Positions 43,292-53,823 of a stretch of 64,000 nucleotides of DNA are shown here, piece after piece (within the stretch, counting starts at the first letter, position 1; every line of letters starts with the position of its first letter). Made by a program: the position numbers and the translations under genes. A model generated the notes under the pieces. The model did no database searches and was not told the origin of the DNA. It was given only the letters and a program-made list of their open reading frames with translations. Source of the stretch: Babesia bigemina (lineage: Eukaryota). The stretch covers positions 1,054,001 to 1,118,000 of the forward strand of contig NC_027216.1 of assembly GCF_000981445.1 (NCBI RefSeq), written 5' to 3'.

Positions 43292-44619
43292 ATGAGCGAC
43301 AACGAGATAGACACTGCCATGGCCGAGGTATTGTAGCTCGTTAGCTGTTGACTGTGTACAGGCGGCGCGCTTCGCTAGAGCGCGAAACCGACTCTCGATC
43401 TCCGCGGAGGTCTTCGGCCAATTCAACAATCCTGACAGTTTCGAAGCACCGGTATGTCCGCTCCCTTACCGCGCTAATGCGTTGCAGATACATGGCAAGA
43501 CTGGCGAGCAGGCCGAGCGCATCAAGGAGTCTTTGCAGAAATGTTTCCTGTTCTCCTCGGTTGATAACAGGGGTATAAACATTTTGGTGGGCGCATTTGA
43601 AGCGCATGATGTGACGTAGGTGGTCATGCTGTGTGTTTATGAGCTGTCAGTGCCGGAACGAAGATCATCACTCAAGGCGACTCTGGCGACAAGCTGTACT
43701 TGGTCGAATCGGGCACCGCTGAGTTCCTGAAGAAATCAGTAAGTAGCGCATCGCAGCTGCTCATGGTTACCAAAAGATTGATGGCAACGAACAGTCCCTG
43801 GGTAAAATCAGCGAGGGAGGATGTTTCGGCGAGTTGGCGCTGATGTAAGTTGCCGCGCTTCTGCGGATGTTAGATGCACCATTTGTGTTTTTTTACATGA
43901 AGCGTGATGTTCGTTATCGCTCCCTTTCCTATTCAGTGTTGTTTAATACAGCTCATCGGCGTCATGAATTAAAGCTGCAAATCCTGTTCGCAGTTGCTCT
44001 GTAGTTATCGTGACTCTGACGCTTTTCATTACTTGCTCAGGTACAACGCTCCCCGGGCGTGCTCGGTCGTGGCGGAAACGGACATGAAGCTCTGGAGCCT
44101 TGACCGTTCCACCTTCAACCACATCGTGCGCGCGGCAGTGATCAAGAAACGCGAGAAATACGACAAGCTGTTGAGAAGCGTCGCGCTGCTTAACAAGCTT
44201 GACCCGTACGACCGCTGCCGTTTGGCCGATGCGCTGAAGGAAAGGACGTTTGTTGACGAGGACATCATCGTGGAGGGGACCACAGGCACGAGCCTGTTCA
44301 TGATCATGGAGGGAAAGGCTCACGCATACTGCCAAGGCAAACTCGTGAAGTCGTACGCGGAAGGTATCGTTGTCCGACTGAGATAATGCATATTTGACCA
44401 GGCGGCTACTTTGGCGAAATAGCCCTGATAGCTCAGACCCCTCGCGCCAGCACTGTCAAAGCCGAGGGCAAATGCGTCGTTGTGGAACTCGAACGTGAAA
44501 GTTGCGTCAACCTGCTTGGGCCGATGGAGGAATGCTTGCGCAACAACCTCGAGGAGTACCACCGCGTGCTGGAGTCGCTGAACATCGAGAACAAGAATCT
44601 AGCCTCCGTCAAAATCTAA
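43292..44619 (+). CDS. PKAr: cAMP-dependent protein kinase regulatory subunit, 7 exons
   Basis: Spliced product has the inhibitor site RLSISAE and two CNB domains with intact cassettes (FGELALMYNAPRA, FGEIALIAQTPRA). Introns start at 43328, 43452, 43616, 43738, 43845 and 44364. Confidence 0.93.
43897..44029 (+). ncRNA. Candidate intronic box C/D snoRNA in PKAr intron 43845-44040
   Basis: Box C-like GTGATGT 43904-43910, box D CTGA 44016-44019 and terminal stem atgaagcg / cgcttttcat. The intron is ~5x longer than its neighbours. Confidence 0.5.
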
Positions 44620-44812
44620 CATGTAACAACCAAGACTGATATTATAGTAGTACTACATTATTTGTTCACATCGGGGTTCAGATAGGGGCCCTCTGCAGCC
44701 TGTAGTTGAAATTATGCGCACCACTTCGTTGCAGCGAAGTTGTGCTGTACAAGGTTAAGAGGTACACTATACTCACGAAATCCCCACAGAAGCAGTATCC
44801 TGTCCGATACGC

Positions 44813-46087
44813 TCAGAGAAACTGCAGCTTGGCGAGGGTGTTGGCCTTCTCCTCCATGTTTTGCTTGTTTTGTTCCTTTTCGAACTCCGCGAAGTTTTCA
44901 ACGACGTTGTCGCTAGGGTTACTCCCCGACGCCTTGTCCGACGACTCCGTGTCCGTCGGTTTGACAGTTGCCTGCGAAAGCAGGCTGTGTTGACGGTACT
45001 TATCACTGCAGTTGTAATAAAGGTCCTTCAAAAGGTCCGTCATGTTGAGGGCCATAGAGGCGTTTGAAACGATTTTCTCCATGCCCTCTGCAGTACCTGC
45101 GATGCGGAGGTCGTCGGCATCTAGGCCTATGGCGCTGCAGAGCTGCAACAATCTCTCGTCAAAAATGCACTTCGGCTCCGAAACCTGTGGGCTCTCCACG
45201 TCCGCCTGCTCCTGTTGCTCTGATCTGGGTTTTGCCGGCACCTCCAAATTCAAATCCAGATCCAACGGCTGTATAAACTCTTCTACGCAATACGCCTTCT
45301 GCAGCAATATTGCAAACAACGGCAACTCCAGCAGGACGAGCACAGTGTTGAGCTGCTCAGCCACCTGACGCTCTAAACTTGTACACCACGATATGATACA
45401 TCCCTGGTAAAAGGTGAACACCACCATCATCTTGAGCGATACGCACTTAGTGAGACAATTGGCCTTCGCAAGACCAGGGTGCTTTTTGGTGGCGAGGTAG
45501 AAAAGCGCGAGCGCGTAGAGCGCAACGGCCACGCTTACGTTGATTGCGATCCAGTTGAATGCAGCAACAATCGTGAACTTGTCAATGCCCGTGAGTCTGA
45601 ACACCACCGATAGAATTGCGAGAATGGGGCGGACGAACGCATACTGCATCGTTCCCATGCGGCATCGTTTGACGAACCCGACGTTGAGAGGGATGTCGTC
45701 GCTGAATGAGAATGCCTTTATTTCCTTGAGCGGCCACAAGTGCTTCAGCACTGCCGGGTCTCTCGAAATGATCTCCCCGCACTGGTTTTCACCGCCGCAG
45801 TACTCCATGAGCAAGCAGAGGAATGAGTGTATTAGCAGTCCCTCCCATATATTACGTAGCATCTCCAGCATATTACCCAGACTGGGCAACAGGTAGAGCA
45901 GGAACGTAAGCGCGCCATAGATGGGCATGAACACGACGATGCGCACGACATAGGATTGAAGGCGATGGTTATTGTAGTGAACCAGATGTTGCAACAGCAC
46001 GTGTGTAGATATTACGAGACTCACTAGCAGCGTGTTCCAGACCAGCGCAAGACACAGATATGAGTTTAAAAACCCATCTAGCGTCAT
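44813..46087 (-). CDS. TMEM184 / organic solute transporter alpha family membrane protein
   Basis: HL.HY...LQ.YVVRI..MPIY, MQYAFVRP and K.VS.KMMVVFTFYQ motifs; ~7 TM segments. Confidence 0.87.
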   Translation of the reverse strand: MTLDGFLNSYLCLALVWNTLLVSLVISTHVLLQHLVHYNNHRLQSYVVRIVVFMPIYGALTFLLYLLPSLGNMLEMLRNIWEGLLIHSFLCLLMEYCGGENQCGEIISRDPAVLKHLWPLKEIKAFSFSDDIPLNVGFVKRCRMGTMQYAFVRPILAILSVVFRLTGIDKFTIVAAFNWIAINVSVAVALYALALFYLATKKHPGLAKANCLTKCVSLKMMVVFTFYQGCIISWCTSLERQVAEQLNTVLVLLELPLFAILLQKAYCVEEFIQPLDLDLNLEVPAKPRSEQQEQADVESPQVSEPKCIFDERLLQLCSAIGLDADDLRIAGTAEGMEKIVSNASMALNMTDLLKDLYYNCSDKYRQHSLLSQATVKPTDTESSDKASGSNPSDNVVENFAEFEKEQNKQNMEEKANTLAKLQFL

Positions 46088-46848
46088 GGTTGCGATGCTG
46101 CTGCAACTAACCGCCGCTACGAGCCCCGCGATCTGCCCTAAGCCTCGACGGTGTTCACTTCACATAGCCTCGGTGGTTCAGCTGCTTAGGATAACAGCAA
46201 CCTTATTTTACATAACTATTTAATTCCACTCACATAATTTGCAAAAGCCGACGCAGCCACTTTTCCGCGTCTTGTCTACCAGCATCCATGTGCGCTCCCC
46301 ATAGGTCGCCTATCCTTCTATGAGTCGCATTTGTGACCACCGTAGCCGCGGCTTCATATTTTGTCGATTCACGACTTTGTATTTCGAAGGTAATGGGTTA
46401 TTAAACACCATCCTGTTAATCGGAGGTGGCATTCCGAAATTACATGGTTTTGCAAAACCGTGCGCCTTTATACGCCACCGTTCGCTTGAAATTTTCAGCG
46501 ACGGCCGTTCAAGTATAATCTCACCGTTATTGCATTGTATTATGCTGTCAACTTTTTACACATCTGTTGCGCATACCATAGACGGCGTGTCTCGCGATGA
46601 TTCTGCTCATCACGTTGGGTTAATGTAGATGGACGGCCATGGTGTTTTACGTCTGCTTGAAACCTAATAACCTCCGTACGATATGGCGTGATCAATGTAC
46701 ATATTCACGCGAAAATCGCGCACCATTACGTGTCTGATGTAACGCCTGCTTAGCTGTGCCGCAGTTTAACGGCGCTCAGACAATTGGTACCGAACAATCC
46801 ACTACACATTGGTAGGTATAACAATTTTAACCTGCTCCATCTTAAACC

Positions 46849-48219
46849 ATGTTGTATATCAGTCGTTTACGCGCCCTCTGGTCGAGGCTTCCAACTATGC
46901 AGGTACAGACATGCGAATCGATGGTATTGCACTTTTACTCTGGTTACAGCAGTTCTATGGAACCAACGTGTGGATTGCAAAAGGTGTTCACTAGCGACCC
47001 AACAACACGGAAGATCATTATCGATAATAACATCAACTGTTATACTCAGGATGTCTGCTATGCGCAGCCAGAGCTCATTGACAGGCTAGAAATTACTACA
47101 GTCCCAGTAATAGTCGGTGTATATAGAGGTCGAAAGGTGGCAGAGGTTAATAGCGACAACGTGACGTCATGTGGGTCCGAGTTGTGCAGGAAGCTGGTGG
47201 AGGCATCGTCATCGACTTCCCCTGACTCCCGCATTTCAGATGAAAAAGAGCTCGAAGAGCGCATTAATGCGCTAGTCAGCGATAAATCATGTGAAGAGGC
47301 GCATCGTGCACTGGACGAGTTTGCAAACGCTCACATACAACGACTTGAAGTGGACGACATTCTGCGGCAGCTGCTCGCACGAGCGCGGCTGCAATTGTAC
47401 CACTCTAATTTTAACCGTTCAGCTGGGAATGGCGTGAGGTTGTCAGTGGATATACTGCGCGACCAGTTGAAAGAGATAGAGCAGCTGATTTCTGATCTAA
47501 GGAAAACTCATGTGGAAGACCTAATCGCATCATTTCCTTCAGATGGGCGCGTTAATCCGCAGCCCTACGGAGGCGGCAAAACTAACATGGCAGTTGGAAG
47601 CCATTGTAGTGGAATCAAGGTTGCGTACATAATGCCGCACAGGGACGCACAGGACACCAACAACCATTGCAATGACAGTGGCACTATGGCTGAAAAACGG
47701 CTAGAAGGCTTCCTCGCCGAATGCTCGTTCTCCGATATCGTAAACAAGAGCATGTTTCAAGATGTTACTTTAGCACAATTAATTAAGGTGGAACTGCTAA
47801 AACGGATTAGTATCGTTCTGTTTCTCGACGGAAACGTGGACGTTGCCATGGAAGAGGCAGTGCGAGCGTACGAAGAACTCGTGAAGATACTGAAAAGCGA
47901 TTCCATTCCAGTGCAGGTGTTCGAAAGTCATGAAATCGGGTCAGTAATTGAATGTATGCTTTCTGCATTGCCGTGGAGACACCCAGCAGTGCTAGGCGCT
48001 AGAGCTGCTCTCGAGACGATGGACGGGCCTCGATTGCTGAATCGCATGCGCCAGAGCAACAGGCCATTGGGTGGGCCCGTTTCAAAGCGTAGGGGCTTTG
48101 GTGGGCGCTATGTGTGGCATGGTCCAGACTACCGACCCAAGAAGTACCGACCACGCGACCCTGAGCAATACCTCAATGAGTGGCGCTATCAGGCTGACAG
48201 TAACCTGCCGACATTCTGA
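46849..48219 (+). CDS. Hypothetical protein with thioredoxin-like N-terminal fold (no CxxC) and helical body
   Basis: MVLHFYSGYS...LEITTVPVIVGVYRGRKV resembles Trx beta strands and the cis-Pro. The Arg-rich, acid-free N-terminus suggests mitochondrial targeting. Confidence 0.5.
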   Translation: MLYISRLRALWSRLPTMQVQTCESMVLHFYSGYSSSMEPTCGLQKVFTSDPTTRKIIIDNNINCYTQDVCYAQPELIDRLEITTVPVIVGVYRGRKVAEVNSDNVTSCGSELCRKLVEASSSTSPDSRISDEKELEERINALVSDKSCEEAHRALDEFANAHIQRLEVDDILRQLLARARLQLYHSNFNRSAGNGVRLSVDILRDQLKEIEQLISDLRKTHVEDLIASFPSDGRVNPQPYGGGKTNMAVGSHCSGIKVAYIMPHRDAQDTNNHCNDSGTMAEKRLEGFLAECSFSDIVNKSMFQDVTLAQLIKVELLKRISIVLFLDGNVDVAMEEAVRAYEELVKILKSDSIPVQVFESHEIGSVIECMLSALPWRHPAVLGARAALETMDGPRLLNRMRQSNRPLGGPVSKRRGFGGRYVWHGPDYRPKKYRPRDPEQYLNEWRYQADSNLPTF

Positions 48220-48225
48220 TGCAAT

Positions 48226-49314
48226 TCATAGTAATACCTTCGCTCGGCCTGAGAGCACTTGCACGTTACATGGTGATGCAAGGTTGCACTCAACTTGGCT
48301 GCACTGGTTCTCGCACGTGTTAAGAGCTATCGGGCTCTCCATACCGAAATTGATGTCGTTAAAGACGCCGTTTATGCGTGAAATCTTGGCTAACAGCTTC
48401 TGTACATGTTTTTCGAGCTCGCTAATTTTCTTATTCTTTGTGCTGATTATCTGGTTCAACATGTTCTCCTTCACCTTTATTCCAACCATCAGACGCTTGC
48501 TGCGTGTAACCTCACTGAGGAAAGCTGCCTGCCGCTCCATCTCACGCTTGCGGAGCTCACTCTCCACGTTGTTGAGCAGCTTCTCCCTCTGGTTGGTTTC
48601 CCACACCACGGTGTTCAACTTCTCACACATGTCTTTAAGCTGCTTTAGCAAGTCACTCTTGCGCTGCGTGAGCTCATTCACGGTGTTGCGGTGGCGAGTC
48701 AAATCATTTATCAGCTCCAGAATGCGAGCGTCCTTCTCCACCACCATGGCGTTGAGCCGCTCCACCTGCGACTGCAGCACCCCCAATTCTTTCTGCGTTT
48801 CCCGCTTCACCTTTTGCATACCTTTATCGTGCTCATGCAACGCGTCCTTAGCCTCGTTGAGGCTCACTTCACAGCCGTGCAACGCCTTTTCAAGAAAGGC
48901 GATCCTGAACTCACGAGACAATGCTCGTTCGGAAGCTTCTAGGGCCGTCTGCCTCACCTTGTCAAGCGCTTCAAAAGTGTCCTGGTACTTCTGCTCAAGC
49001 AGTTGGTTCTCCTTTCGAAGCCGTTCAATTTCATGTGACTCGTCGCAGTCGGCAGGAGCCCGGTTGGAGCACGCTGCCCCACTATGGGCGATTAGTGAAG
49101 GGGCGGCACTAGTGTTCATATTCATCTGCACCTTCTCGACAATTTTACGGTTTACCATAACTTTATACAGCGTAGAGCTGCTATCCTCGGATTCGGTGCG
49201 CTCCATGAACTTAATATTTTTTGCGACCGTGGCTCCCACCACCTCACCGTGACACATCTCCTGAGCCGCCCACAAGGATGAACAAAATGCAACAGCACGG
49301 CGCGCACAAAACAT
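48226..49314 (-). CDS. Hypothetical coiled-coil protein
   Basis: Long heptad-rich E/K/L stretch. First ATG is at 49314; start and possible introns are uncertain. Confidence 0.6.
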   Translation of the reverse strand: MFCARRAVAFCSSLWAAQEMCHGEVVGATVAKNIKFMERTESEDSSSTLYKVMVNRKIVEKVQMNMNTSAAPSLIAHSGAACSNRAPADCDESHEIERLRKENQLLEQKYQDTFEALDKVRQTALEASERALSREFRIAFLEKALHGCEVSLNEAKDALHEHDKGMQKVKRETQKELGVLQSQVERLNAMVVEKDARILELINDLTRHRNTVNELTQRKSDLLKQLKDMCEKLNTVVWETNQREKLLNNVESELRKREMERQAAFLSEVTRSKRLMVGIKVKENMLNQIISTKNKKISELEKHVQKLLAKISRINGVFNDINFGMESPIALNTCENQCSQVECNLASPCNVQVLSGRAKVLL

Positions 49315-49928
49315 GAACCTACGGTAAAACGTATGGTATATGATTAAAAATTTTAACACGATGTCAGAAACGACTGTGGCAGTCAATGATTAAACTGCAC
49401 GGAACCCTAATGGGCCACAGCGAAGGTTGGATCTACGTGAACACGATCGTACCTATCATGGCAACAAGCAAGCGCGGATAAAATCCTGACTAGCTTGGCC
49501 CGAATGACGAATTGTGTAACTTTGAAAGTGTTATTGCGACATTTTGCGCTGCAATTTATGTAACACCAACTGCACGTGTTTCCGACGCCGTATTGACCAA
49601 TAAACTAACACACAAATACGTGTGGCGCTATAACCAAGGTAGACGATGACGACGATTCGCGCGGGGAATACGACGGCGTGTTGCAATCTACAGGTTCCCC
49701 CTTTTCAGCCGTGGCTCTCATGCTCCGTCTTGCACGGATGTATAAAGAACCAATGCGTTCAAACACGATGCCCCCCTTTAGCCCATAGATTAGGTAATCA
49801 TAGTGGCGCCAGCAGCAGTTGATTAGTCGAATACGATATGTCCCGTAATTGGGCACTTGGTGCTTGCCCTGCAACAACGCTGCGCGCCAGACTTAGCAGG
49901 CTCGGCACGCGGTATCAGTGGTCTGCCT

Positions 49929-51821
49929 CTAGTCATCCATTACCTCCTCTTCCTCGTCACTGTCGCCTTCACCAAGCAGATCACCTAGCATCTTTCCTAT
50001 GGCAGAGGGTTCATTATCCAGAGCTAAGTCTTCAGGATGAATCTTGAACTCGGTGGTTTCCGATGGGGTGTTGACAGTAAAGGTAACCTTCTTGGACTGG
50101 TCGCAGCCGAAATACGAATCCGACATAACCGTTACCGACACGGAGTGAAGACCTGGCTTCTCTGCGAACACTGAAATCTTTTCAGTGATGACGCGTTCAC
50201 GCGATGGGCAAATGCTGAACCCCAGCAACTTGTCGTCCTGTTCGCCGTACGTAAGCAACACCACCCACTCCTCATACTTTACCCACGGGAAGAAAGGTGC
50301 ATGGACAGGTCCCACGATCTGGCACTCTTCTGGTACATTGGCCCGTGTTATGGTCACCTCAAAAGTAATTATGTCACCAACACAAATATCGTTTGCATCG
50401 TTGACGTACACATCCACATTGAGATCCACCTGGGGGAAAGCCTTGCAGAACTCGTCCACGTCGGTAAGCTGCTTTTCATTCATTCCTACAAGCCCTTTCT
50501 TCAGTCCCATCGGAGTTTTGACGTATTCACTGATGGTCTTGCCACCTCCTTTGCTGCGTTGGATGTGACCGACGCAATCCTCGGTGAGGTGAGGTATCTG
50601 GAAGAAAGTATCCCTCTTTCCCGTAAGGCCTTGGAGCAGACATCGCCTGAACTCGATAATGGACTTGGTGGTCATCAGCCACCGGCGGCAGAGGGCGACA
50701 TCAAGCATGCATTGCGTTAACAACATGCTGTACTTGAGTATCTCCGCCTGCGTTGCCTTCAACTTAGGAGGGAGATCATCGCTGCGGTTCATGTGACATA
50801 AGAGCACCAAAAAGTTGCGTAACCTCTCCTTGGTAAAATTCTTGCGTTTTATGTCTCCGATGTCTTCCGCATATTGGCGCAAGAAAACATCATCTTCAGG
50901 CGTAGCAGGCACCGAGATGCATTCCATGGCAGAGGCATATATTTCCGGGAGCGTTTTTTGGCGTGTGTTCTCGGTGATGCCGTAGTATATAAGCTGGAGA
51001 GTTTCCACCCGTACACCAAGCGCAGTGTACTGCTTCTGCGTACGGTAGTAGTAGAAGAAAATACCTGGTATTACGACTAGCAGCACGATAAAAAAGAGAG
51101 AGAGGATGAGCACCTGGTTGCCTACCTCAACCAAAAACCTGGGGAGCCCTATCCCGATTTTCATCATACCCGGCCCGTCGGGATTGCCATATCGTTCGTA
51201 GTTCTGACGGAATTTGTCATTGGTGAGGGTCTTGTAGGCCTTCGTAACAAGTATGAAGTGCGCCGCAGCCTCAGGATCATTGGGGTTCCTGTCGGGGTGA
51301 TAGCGCAGAGACATATGTCTATACGCCTTCTGGATGTCCTTCTTAGTCGCACCAATAGGAACTCCTAGGAACGCAAAAGGGTCAAAAGTCTTGATGTTCT
51401 GAGAGGTGTCGATGCCTGTGGGCTGTAAGATCAACGTAAAAAAACACTAACCCTTAATCAGGTAGAAAACAAGCCACCAAAAGAAAGCCAGAACGACAAC
51501 TTTCAGTATAGTAGCTGTGTTCATATAGTCTTCCAGCATGAACCGTCGATTCCTTTCAGCGGTCCTGCGCTGTCGACACATAGAGCATCCACAGTGAAAG
51601 CACGGTGTAGTTTCTCCTTCCACATGGTTCTCACGTAGTTTCAGCTTCTGTGGCAGGCTATTCCTCTTAGGACCAGTCCACTGGTAGAAGCAATAGATGG
51701 TTATCGGTACCAGAAAACACGCCAGGAAGCCGCTGGTGAACACGCGTGACGCGAAATCATCGTAGGACAGTAGCGGGTCCGTGCGGCTACCGCGCGTGAA
51801 AGTATCATGAAACTGTGACAT
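49929..51821 (-). CDS. SEC63: ER translocon J-domain protein Sec63; intron 51416-51451
   Basis: TM segments, FDPF..LG, J-domain with HPD, YGNPDGP, Brl domain VHAPFFP..K.E.W and an acidic tail. Confidence 0.95.
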
Positions 51822-52329
51822 CACGCGGGTTTATATGCGATTTCTCGCTGGCTACGTTTCGGAGTCTGTGCGTCAACGGGTATTCACGTGGCGCGCTGCG
51901 CCCAACCAGGAGGATGCGGGACGTTCAACTCCCTAAATCCAAATTAAAATCTTCCAACCGGATAAATATTGTCATACACCCGGTGGTATCATTGAATATG
52001 ACAGTGAGACGTATGGTGGATCGTGCTTAGTTTAGCTTTAACTTCCCCCGCACACCTCAGGTGTGTCGAATGCCGTGCCGCCAACAAAGCCTTTACCACA
52101 TTCACTACACACCGCTGATCAGTGTTGTAAAGTTAATTTATTGATGATGTTAATACGTCATATACTATCGGTACGAACCAAATAGCGGTAACTGGTAGAC
52201 ACAGCGGCCACTGGCCAGCCAAAATGACAGGTTGCGCCGATCGTTGAAGGCTTTGCTTCTATGTGGAAGGGAATACTCACCTTAAGACTTTGTAGCACAC
52301 GAAAGGACGACTCACCATGCTGAGAATCC

Positions 52330-53518
52330 CTAAGACGTGCTCGACGGATCAGCCTTGTTCCGGAATATCTTAAGTAGATTAAATCCAAGACAGCCACATT
52401 TAGTTTGATGCCGTCTCTCTTTCACATCTGTAAGGGTTTGGCCACTTTTTAAGTCGTCGCCCTGGTTCTGGTCAGTTGGACTCTGTTGCATATCGGGAAC
52501 GGAGCCCTCATTGGGGGCAACGGGGTCGGTTGCATTACTTGAGTCTCTCGTCGCATCTTCCTTAATTTTATTCATACACTCCACAGTGCAGCTACCCTCG
52601 TGCGTTGTACGACACAGACGGACCTGCTGGTTGGTTACCGCAATTATGGGTACTTTGGGTTTTAACGGACGAGTGATGACGTTGACATCATTGCTCATAC
52701 GGGGCGTCGACAGCGGAGTTGGTTGCTTTATTTGGCTCTGATCGATGTGGTATGGTTTAAACCTTTCGTCCAAGTAAACTGGTCTCTCAAGCTCCTCCCA
52801 TATGCAGCCGTGAGGTTCGTACACGACGTCGGCCATGAGCGTGAGTAAGGTATCGTCGTTCGACGTCAGCGTAAGGAAGCGATTATTATGGTATATACCA
52901 TGGTACGCGAACTCTTTGTTACAGAACTCGTCCCTAAGCAACTGCAAACCCTTCTCTGTGAGCTTCGATGGGTACTTCTTTAAAAATGTCTCAGCAGACA
53001 TGGCTTCAGATTCGTCGAAACGCACCCCTTCCATACGCTGACCTCTTTGATACAGCATGATGTGATATCTTAAATCTTCAAAGCTGAACGATTCGATATT
53101 TTTGTATCTAGGTCCGGCGACGCAGCCATGGAACACGTTTATGCCCAGCATGTCTATCAGCTTCTTAACATCGTCATCAAAGACCATAGTGTGGCTCTTC
53201 AGCGTGTATTCACCTTTTTTGATGCGGCGCATCTTGTCCAGAGTGTCGAGAACCTGTTTACATTTCATAAGCAAAACAACAACGACATACCCATTCTGAT
53301 TGAGCACGTCTCACCGCTGTTAATAGTAACTTGCATAATTCGTCGAATGAGATCGCGTACGTGCCGCTGTTAATTTGAATGCGACGCCGCAAGAGCAGAA
53401 TATTGCCGACGCACACGAGTAAAGAGTCCGCGGCCGTGCTATATTGCAGAAAAGGAGTCACTCGCGAGAAATGGCGCATCCATTTCACGCGGTACGCATC
53501 GGAAACTTCAGACGACAT
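52330..53518 (-). CDS. MINDY-1/2-like protein, predicted catalytically inactive; intron 53254-53290
   Basis: YRVKW, NILLLR, HGCVAGP, FL......LTEKGL, HNNRFLTL and IWEEL align in order with MINDY1/2 motifs. Confidence 0.7.
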
Positions 53519-53823
53519 TTTTATAACAGCTTATAATAAAGCGTAACGTCAAACAAAACTGATGTGTGCGTCGATGACAGCCTTCGTCTCACAGCTCCGG
53601 CATATATCCTTAAAATCCACTAAAAACCAAAACAATTAATTATGAGAGTTTTACAAAAGCAACCTAATGTTTTTGAAAGCGTGCAAATAGGGTTCAAAAG
53701 CATAATTTGCGAATGACTAGCAGCAACTACCCCCTCAAAATGAAGCATTGCTCCACCCGTGCCAACATTGAGACATGCCTAGCAACTCTCTGATAGTACA
53801 CCGTGCCTAACTAACAATTCGGC

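Noticed and set aside
48071..49252. 393-aa + strand ORF
   Set aside because: Antisense shadow of the coiled-coil gene; its S/F/L-rich composition is typical of reversed E/K codons.
49403..49410. AACCCTAA telomere-template-like 8-mer in an intergenic region
   Set aside because: About two such 8-mers are expected by chance in 64 kb on both strands, and there is no clear pseudoknot.
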